64,000 nt of DNA, from NCBI GenBank assembly GCA_965644315.1, contig CBFFRQ010000013.1, forward strand, positions 682,001 to 746,000, given 5' to 3'. The translations under genes and the position numbers were made by a program. The notes beneath the pieces were generated by a model that saw only the letters and a list, made by a program, of their open reading frames with translations, ran no database searches and was not told the origin of the DNA. This stretch comes from Caecitellus pseudoparvulus (Eukaryota; Protista; Bigyra: Bicosoecida). Positions 59,197 to 64,000 of the stretch are shown here, piece after piece (positions within the stretch are counted from its first letter, which is position 1; each line of letters begins with the position of its first letter).

Positions 59197-60153
59197 TCAC
59201 TGACCGCCATGCTTCCTCCGCTGCCGTTGGCTCTGCTCACGCTTCTTCTTCCCGCGCTTCGAGGCATTGTTCACGCGGTGCTCGCGCCGAGCACTTCCTT
59301 TCCCCTTTTGCCCACCCTTCCCTTGGCGACCCCCCTTTGGCCTGCCCCCTGGCTCACTGATCCATGTGTGGTCCTTGACGCTCCTCTTGCCCACGTCGGC
59401 AGACCCACCGCTCAGCATGCCCGCCTGGCGCAAAACGGAACGCAAGCCACCCCCTGCAGCGCCTCTTCCAGGGGAGTCATGGATGTGCGAGGGATCGTGG
59501 CCGGGAAAGGCCGCAGGTTTCATGGAAGTGTACGCAAGGCGCTTGCGCTGGGCAATGGTGACGGGGGCTGCTACCTGTGTGGAAGGAGCCGAGGCGCCGC
59601 CCAGCACAGTCACTGTCGGCATGGCTCCCACTCCTTGCTGAGCCAGGAACGGCGAGCCGCCTGACAGGCCGAGTCTGGAATCAGCGGGGCGCAAGGCAGG
59701 CACACCCAGCAATCCACTTGAAGAGGCACCGAACAACGAAGAAGTGAGCTGCGCGCCGGCACCCATCTGAGCCACTCCGAAGGCGCCCATGCTTCCTGGC
59801 ACAACGGGGGCCCCGGGGCCAGTCCCCAGCATGCCCGCCTGCGACAAGACTCCACCTAGGCCAGTGGACCTCCCGCCTACAAAGTGACTTTGTGAGCTAC
59901 TGTGCTCTTGGCGATCCTGGCGTTGTCGAGGCTGGCTCTTCCCGCGCTGCTGACCACCCTTCTTGCCCGGCTGGCGACCCCCTCCCTGGGCTCCACGCTT
60001 GCCCTGCTGGTCGTGCTGGTGAGAACGTTGACCTCCTCCCCCGCCGCCGCCCTTTTTTCCCCCACGACCTTGCTTTCGTCCTCCATGGCCACCCCCGTGC
60101 CCCCCACTGCCTCGCCCGCCTCCACGCCCGCCTCCACGCCCGCCTTTCGCCAT
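59197..60153 (-). CDS. Hypothetical Gly/Lys/Arg-rich basic protein (possible nucleolar or RNA-binding)
   Basis: MAKGGRGGGRGGGRG start, basic tail, open frame ending 5 nt from the FKBP stop. Confidence 0.5.
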   Translation of the reverse strand: MAKGGRGGGRGGGRGSGGHGGGHGGRKQGRGGKKGGGGGGGQRSHQHDQQGKRGAQGGGRQPGKKGGQQRGKSQPRQRQDRQEHSSSQSHFVGGRSTGLGGVLSQAGMLGTGPGAPVVPGSMGAFGVAQMGAGAQLTSSLFGASSSGLLGVPALRPADSRLGLSGGSPFLAQQGVGAMPTVTVLGGASAPSTQVAAPVTIAQRKRLAYTSMKPAAFPGHDPSHIHDSPGRGAAGGGLRSVLRQAGMLSGGSADVGKRSVKDHTWISEPGGRPKGGRQGKGGQKGKGSARREHRVNNASKRGKKKREQSQRQRRKHGGQ

Positions 60154-60600
60154 TGAGCAGTGCACGTGCTTGCTGAACCTGCACCAAGTGAGTCGCCTTG
60201 GATTGCGAGGAGCCTGGGCCTGAAGCTGCGCCTGAAAAATGTATGTGTCTTGATCAAACGTAGAACGTTGCGACACAGCGGCTGTTCATCGGTGCGATTG
60301 GATGTGAACGGTGTGCGGAATTGCGGTTGGCGGGGTGGCTGCGCTTCGGTTGCTTGCAGCGAAGGCACACACGAGCCAAACGAAAAGTGACCGCACGACG
60401 ACTTAGGGGCATGCCTTTGCGGAACATTAGTTCTACTCCAAGCTGGATGCTCCCAGACTGTTGTACTTGGGTGGCATGCGCTAAGCCGGCCAAGCAAAGC
60501 AGCCTGGCGCGGAAATTGGGCGGCTCACAATCCAGCTATGTGCTCAGCGGGTCAAGTTTGGAAGTGTTCCCCGGAACTTTGTGTCCACAGACACAAGGCA

Positions 60601-63600
60601 ATGAAAGCTTTTACGCTTGTGCTTGTTTTTCTCACGGCAGTGCCGGCTTCTTTCGTTGGAAAGCTGCCCTTTCCATACCTCGCCAGCATGGGCGCACGAA
60701 GCTCCGTGCTCCAGGTGCCAGGCCCAAACGTCTCCCACAGCAAGCACAGCATGCCGCTCCTGGCCCACACTCTGGACCGCCTGCACTTTGAATACGCGCT
60801 GGCAGATCGAGTCAGCGTGTTCATGCCTTCTGCCCTATCTCCATCACTGGCGAATGAGGTCCTGCCTCTGAGCGACCTGCACGACCTGGTTCACCGGGCA
60901 GAAACCCTCGGGAAAGTGACCGTAAAGGCGCCCATCAAGGCCACATCCGGTGGCCGGAGGAGTCAGCTACACAGCCATCGTAACGGCGCTGAGTTGCCTC
61001 GCGGTAGTACGGCCGCTGCAGGCCTCCGCAGCCAGGGAGCCACGACACCAACCCACCACTTCCGGCGCGCTCTGATGCAGGGCTCCAGTGTCATCGTGCA
61101 CAGCGCACACTTGATGCACTCTGGAGTTGCTGCAATGACTGAAGCCTGGAGTGCTGGCTATGCTAGTTTTTCTGAGGCAAACTTGTACATCACCCCGCCC
61201 ACGGCAGTCGAGCCAGCTCTGCAGCTGCACCACGACACTCACGGTGTGCTGGTGGTGCAGCTGCATGGGCGCAAAACATGGCGTGTATTCGCACCGCTGC
61301 ACCCTCTCCCTGGCTTGGAGCAGCCCCTGGAGATGTTCACCGGTCCAGCTCCTGCCGGCGGCATGCCCAAGGAGGTGCGGGACATGGTGACCTCAGCGTT
61401 GCGGAACGGCTGCGTGGGAACCCTGTCCATGACTGCAGGGCAGGGAGCGAAGGCTTCAGTTCACTCCCTACCCGCTATCATTACCTTAGCCCCCGGAGAC
61501 ATGCTGTACTTGCCCCACGGCGTCCCTCACCAGGCTGCGCCAGCTCACCCAGCCACCGAGTCAGGTCTGTTTCATGCCCCAGCCCAGGCTTACATGGGCT
61601 CAGCTGAAGGCCTGGACAAAGCAACCACATCAACGTTTTTGAATCGCACAGCGACTTCTGTGCACGTGACAATGAGCGTCGTGAACATGCTTCAGCACAC
61701 GGCAGAGGTCTTGCACGAAGGTGTAGAGTACGTGGCACGCTTCGGTCACGTCAGCCCACAGGAGGCAAGCCAAGTGCACAAAATCGTGGAAACTGCCAAG
61801 GAGCGAGGGGTGACGGAGAGCAGGCGCACCTTTCCAAGCGGCCGATCACTCCAGGAATCCCACGCGTCTCCCTCGGTCCCGCTTGCAGGCAGCCTGCCAG
61901 CGGGCCCAGCATTGCGCCATTGGCAAGACCTTGATCCCATTGGCATGTACCACACCAAAGAAGAGCGAAGTCGCATGCTTCGACTTGTGCAGAACGCCAC
62001 CGTGGGTGACATTTCTCCTGCCCAGCTTCAGGCTGCTGCAGGGGGAACTAGCTTGCTGCAGGCTGTCGGGGCGCCTGGCGACGACATGCGGAGCGTGCAG
62101 TACCCTCTAGATGCAGGAGCCCTTCTGCTTCGACATGCCTTTCCGTGGCGTGCCTTGGCGCCTCGCAGCGCTGCGCCCAGTACCCACCCCTGCCTGGTGA
62201 CCAGGCGTCGCAAGGCTGTTGCTGACGTGTCGTCGACAGGGCTGCCAACAATCGGTTCGTTAGATTTTCTGTGTTCCTCTGCAGATGTGAGCTCGACTTC
62301 CAGTGCTGCCTTTGATGCTGAGGGCACCACGGCTGCTTCCAGTACCCAGAGTGTCGCAGACCTGCAGTACGCGGAAGACCTCAGCACTGCCGCTGCTCGC
62401 AGGGCCACGCACATGCTCGTGCATGCCGTCATGGTCACTGCAGCAGAGGTCCGGGCGGCAGGGCATGCAGACTTGGCCACCCGCATCGCAGCGGCGTTCG
62501 GTGTGGAGCATGTGTGGGCGTGGCACTTGCATGAGGAGTACCTGCCGGGGGGGTGGGTGACGCCGGGGCAGGCAGTGGTGGGCGACCCTGCGGCGGTGAG
62601 CGACGCGGAGCGGGGCGAGCGGGGTGTGTGGAGTGTGGATGCGATGGTGTGGGGGGAGGAGTGCGATGGCGACGTGGAGGGCAGTGCAGGGGTGATGACG
62701 CCTCGTCGAGCAGCACTTCTCGCACTGCGGTCGGTGGTGGAGGCGTCCATCTCACCCCGGTTCAGAGTGGCAGGAGTAATGTCCAGCACTGCAAAGAGTA
62801 TCCCCTCTGGTATTTCATCACCCTCGGGCTTTTTCAACGGGTTCGCGCTCTCCCCGATCGCCCACCCTCAGATGTGGTCCCTCATCGCTGAGAACCTGGT
62901 GCTGTTTCGCAGGCGGGGTGACACACCCGCCTACTTCTCCTTTGCAGGTTCAGAGAGCATCATGCCTGCAGATACTGGCATTAACCTGTTTTACGCTCGA
63001 GTAACATCGGCTGGCCCAGCCCTTGAACGCAGCGGCGAGCGCCCTTCAGTGCCAGAGAGATTGTTCAGCGCCTCGCTCTCAACAATGCTAGAGGCTTTTA
63101 GCACATCCCGCCCACAATGCCGAGAAGCTGGCGTAAATCTGACCGCTACAACTGTTCATGGGCAACCTCGTGATCCTCCTGGCTGGGGGCGCTCTCCCAG
63201 CCTTTGGATTCGGGGGTGCGACGTGATAACATTTGAACGGGCGCAGCACCGGCTGATTGCAGCGGCCATGCTCTCCATGCCCCCAGGTATTGGATTCTCT
63301 GCCCGTGATATTTGCATGGAAGCTGCTGCTCTGGAAGAGTCTGCCATGGGTGGGTCCTTGCCCGGAGCTGACGGAAGGGTGCTGCAGCCGAGCCAGGTGG
63401 CTCTCTCACAAAACATCACCGGCTCGCATCATGCGGGGGTCTTTCCACAAGCCTCGCCGCTTAGAGATGCGCACGACGCATGTGGAGGCCTGTTGCCCGA
63501 AGTGCTGTCCATCGCTCATGCCCTCACAGAGTGTGACGCATTGTTGGTTGAGTCTTCAGGAAGGCAAGTTGGTTTTCCTGCTTCTGCGGTGCTCTTTCAA

Positions 63601-63633
63601 AGTGTTCAACTGCGAGAGCCAGAGCTACTGTGA
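60601..63633 (+). CDS. JmjC 2-oxoglutarate oxygenase (NO66/MINA53/ycfD-like) with predicted signal peptide
   Basis: ANLYITPP, HHD (HxD), VVQLHGRKTW, LAPGDMLYLPHG..H, SVHVT. N-terminus MKAFTLVLVFLTAVPA. Confidence 0.75.
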   Translation: MKAFTLVLVFLTAVPASFVGKLPFPYLASMGARSSVLQVPGPNVSHSKHSMPLLAHTLDRLHFEYALADRVSVFMPSALSPSLANEVLPLSDLHDLVHRAETLGKVTVKAPIKATSGGRRSQLHSHRNGAELPRGSTAAAGLRSQGATTPTHHFRRALMQGSSVIVHSAHLMHSGVAAMTEAWSAGYASFSEANLYITPPTAVEPALQLHHDTHGVLVVQLHGRKTWRVFAPLHPLPGLEQPLEMFTGPAPAGGMPKEVRDMVTSALRNGCVGTLSMTAGQGAKASVHSLPAIITLAPGDMLYLPHGVPHQAAPAHPATESGLFHAPAQAYMGSAEGLDKATTSTFLNRTATSVHVTMSVVNMLQHTAEVLHEGVEYVARFGHVSPQEASQVHKIVETAKERGVTESRRTFPSGRSLQESHASPSVPLAGSLPAGPALRHWQDLDPIGMYHTKEERSRMLRLVQNATVGDISPAQLQAAAGGTSLLQAVGAPGDDMRSVQYPLDAGALLLRHAFPWRALAPRSAAPSTHPCLVTRRRKAVADVSSTGLPTIGSLDFLCSSADVSSTSSAAFDAEGTTAASSTQSVADLQYAEDLSTAAARRATHMLVHAVMVTAAEVRAAGHADLATRIAAAFGVEHVWAWHLHEEYLPGGWVTPGQAVVGDPAAVSDAERGERGVWSVDAMVWGEECDGDVEGSAGVMTPRRAALLALRSVVEASISPRFRVAGVMSSTAKSIPSGISSPSGFFNGFALSPIAHPQMWSLIAENLVLFRRRGDTPAYFSFAGSESIMPADTGINLFYARVTSAGPALERSGERPSVPERLFSASLSTMLEAFSTSRPQCREAGVNLTATTVHGQPRDPPGWGRSPSLWIRGCDVITFERAQHRLIAAAMLSMPPGIGFSARDICMEAAALEESAMGGSLPGADGRVLQPSQVALSQNITGSHHAGVFPQASPLRDAHDACGGLLPEVLSIAHALTECDALLVESSGRQVGFPASAVLFQSVQLREPELL

Positions 63634-63646
63634 GGAGAACGTTGAA

Positions 63647-64000
63647 TTACAGAAGGACAGGGGGTGCAGGAAGAATGCCAGTTGCCAGAACCTGGTGTAC
63701 AGCCTCGTCAGATTTGGTCTCCAGCAGAACACCCAGGTCCACGAGCATCGCAGCAGCCTCCGCGGGCTCCCCGCCAGATCCACACAAGCGAACATCTTCA
63801 AGGAGTGTTTGGGTAGCTGCAGGATCGAACTCCATGCTGCCATTCGCAACTTGACTGACTTCGCCGTCCAGGGATATCGACAGCACTTGCTGCAGCTGCT
63901 GCGTTGTAGTGCCGTCAGCGAGAATGGGCTCAGCGTCCAAGACGGACCGATCAAGCACTCTGGAGGCCTCGCAAGCTTCTTGCAGCGAGAATGCTAAGCC
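63647..64000 (-). CDS. Partial hypothetical protein (3' end; frame open to window edge)
   Basis: Frame is open from 64000 to the stop at 63647, convergent with the JmjC gene. Confidence 0.4.
   Translation of the reverse strand, partial: GLAFSLQEACEASRVLDRSVLDAEPILADGTTTQQLQQVLSISLDGEVSQVANGSMEFDPAATQTLLEDVRLCGSGGEPAEAAAMLVDLGVLLETKSDEAVHQVLATGILPAPPVLL

Noticed and set aside
60108-60145. Short tandem repeats (here, 26857-26888 and 40681-40705)
   Set aside because: They encode low-complexity peptides (GGRG, poly-Ala, PA). They are not CRISPR or satellite arrays.
1-64000. Prokaryotic operon, CRISPR, tRNA/rRNA or intact transposon
   Set aside because: Genes are eukaryotic with spliceosomal introns. 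No repeat-spacer array, cloverleaf, or transposase/RT/integrase motif was recognised.

Overview
Gene-dense eukaryotic nuclear DNA, GC-rich (roughly 60-66% by eye), with about 30 protein-coding genes. Genes are split by short GT-AG introns (mostly 60-85 nt) and separated by tiny or negative gaps at convergent ends. Flagellar/centriolar genes (SSNA1, RSPH14-like) and the gene style suggest a compact flagellated protist, plausibly a heterotrophic stramenopile (inference only). Recognisable genes: DUS1, RPS7, MFS sugar transporter, mS34-like, THOC2, PRP38, ACAD8, UCHL3, SSNA1, ataxin-3, CCDC130, APEX2, RSPH14-like, ankyrin and ARM repeat proteins, VPS34, LIG4, a Cdc123/R2K-type ATP-grasp, VPS4, pirin, FKBP and a JmjC protein. 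Most notable: (1) a single polypeptide joining cNMP-binding, non-RD CaMKK-like kinase and PP2C phosphatase domains; (2) an AATGCA motif at or just after many stop codons, palindromic between two convergent pairs, a candidate non-canonical 3'-end signal; (3) overlapping convergent CDSs; (4) a ~2.5 kb low-GC island with no recognisable gene; (5) several unusual architectures (GST-like + DFR-type reductase, Trx-UIM-PUB, signal peptide + JmjC). No tRNA, rRNA, CRISPR array or recognisable transposon was seen. Exon boundaries were deduced by eye and are unverified.
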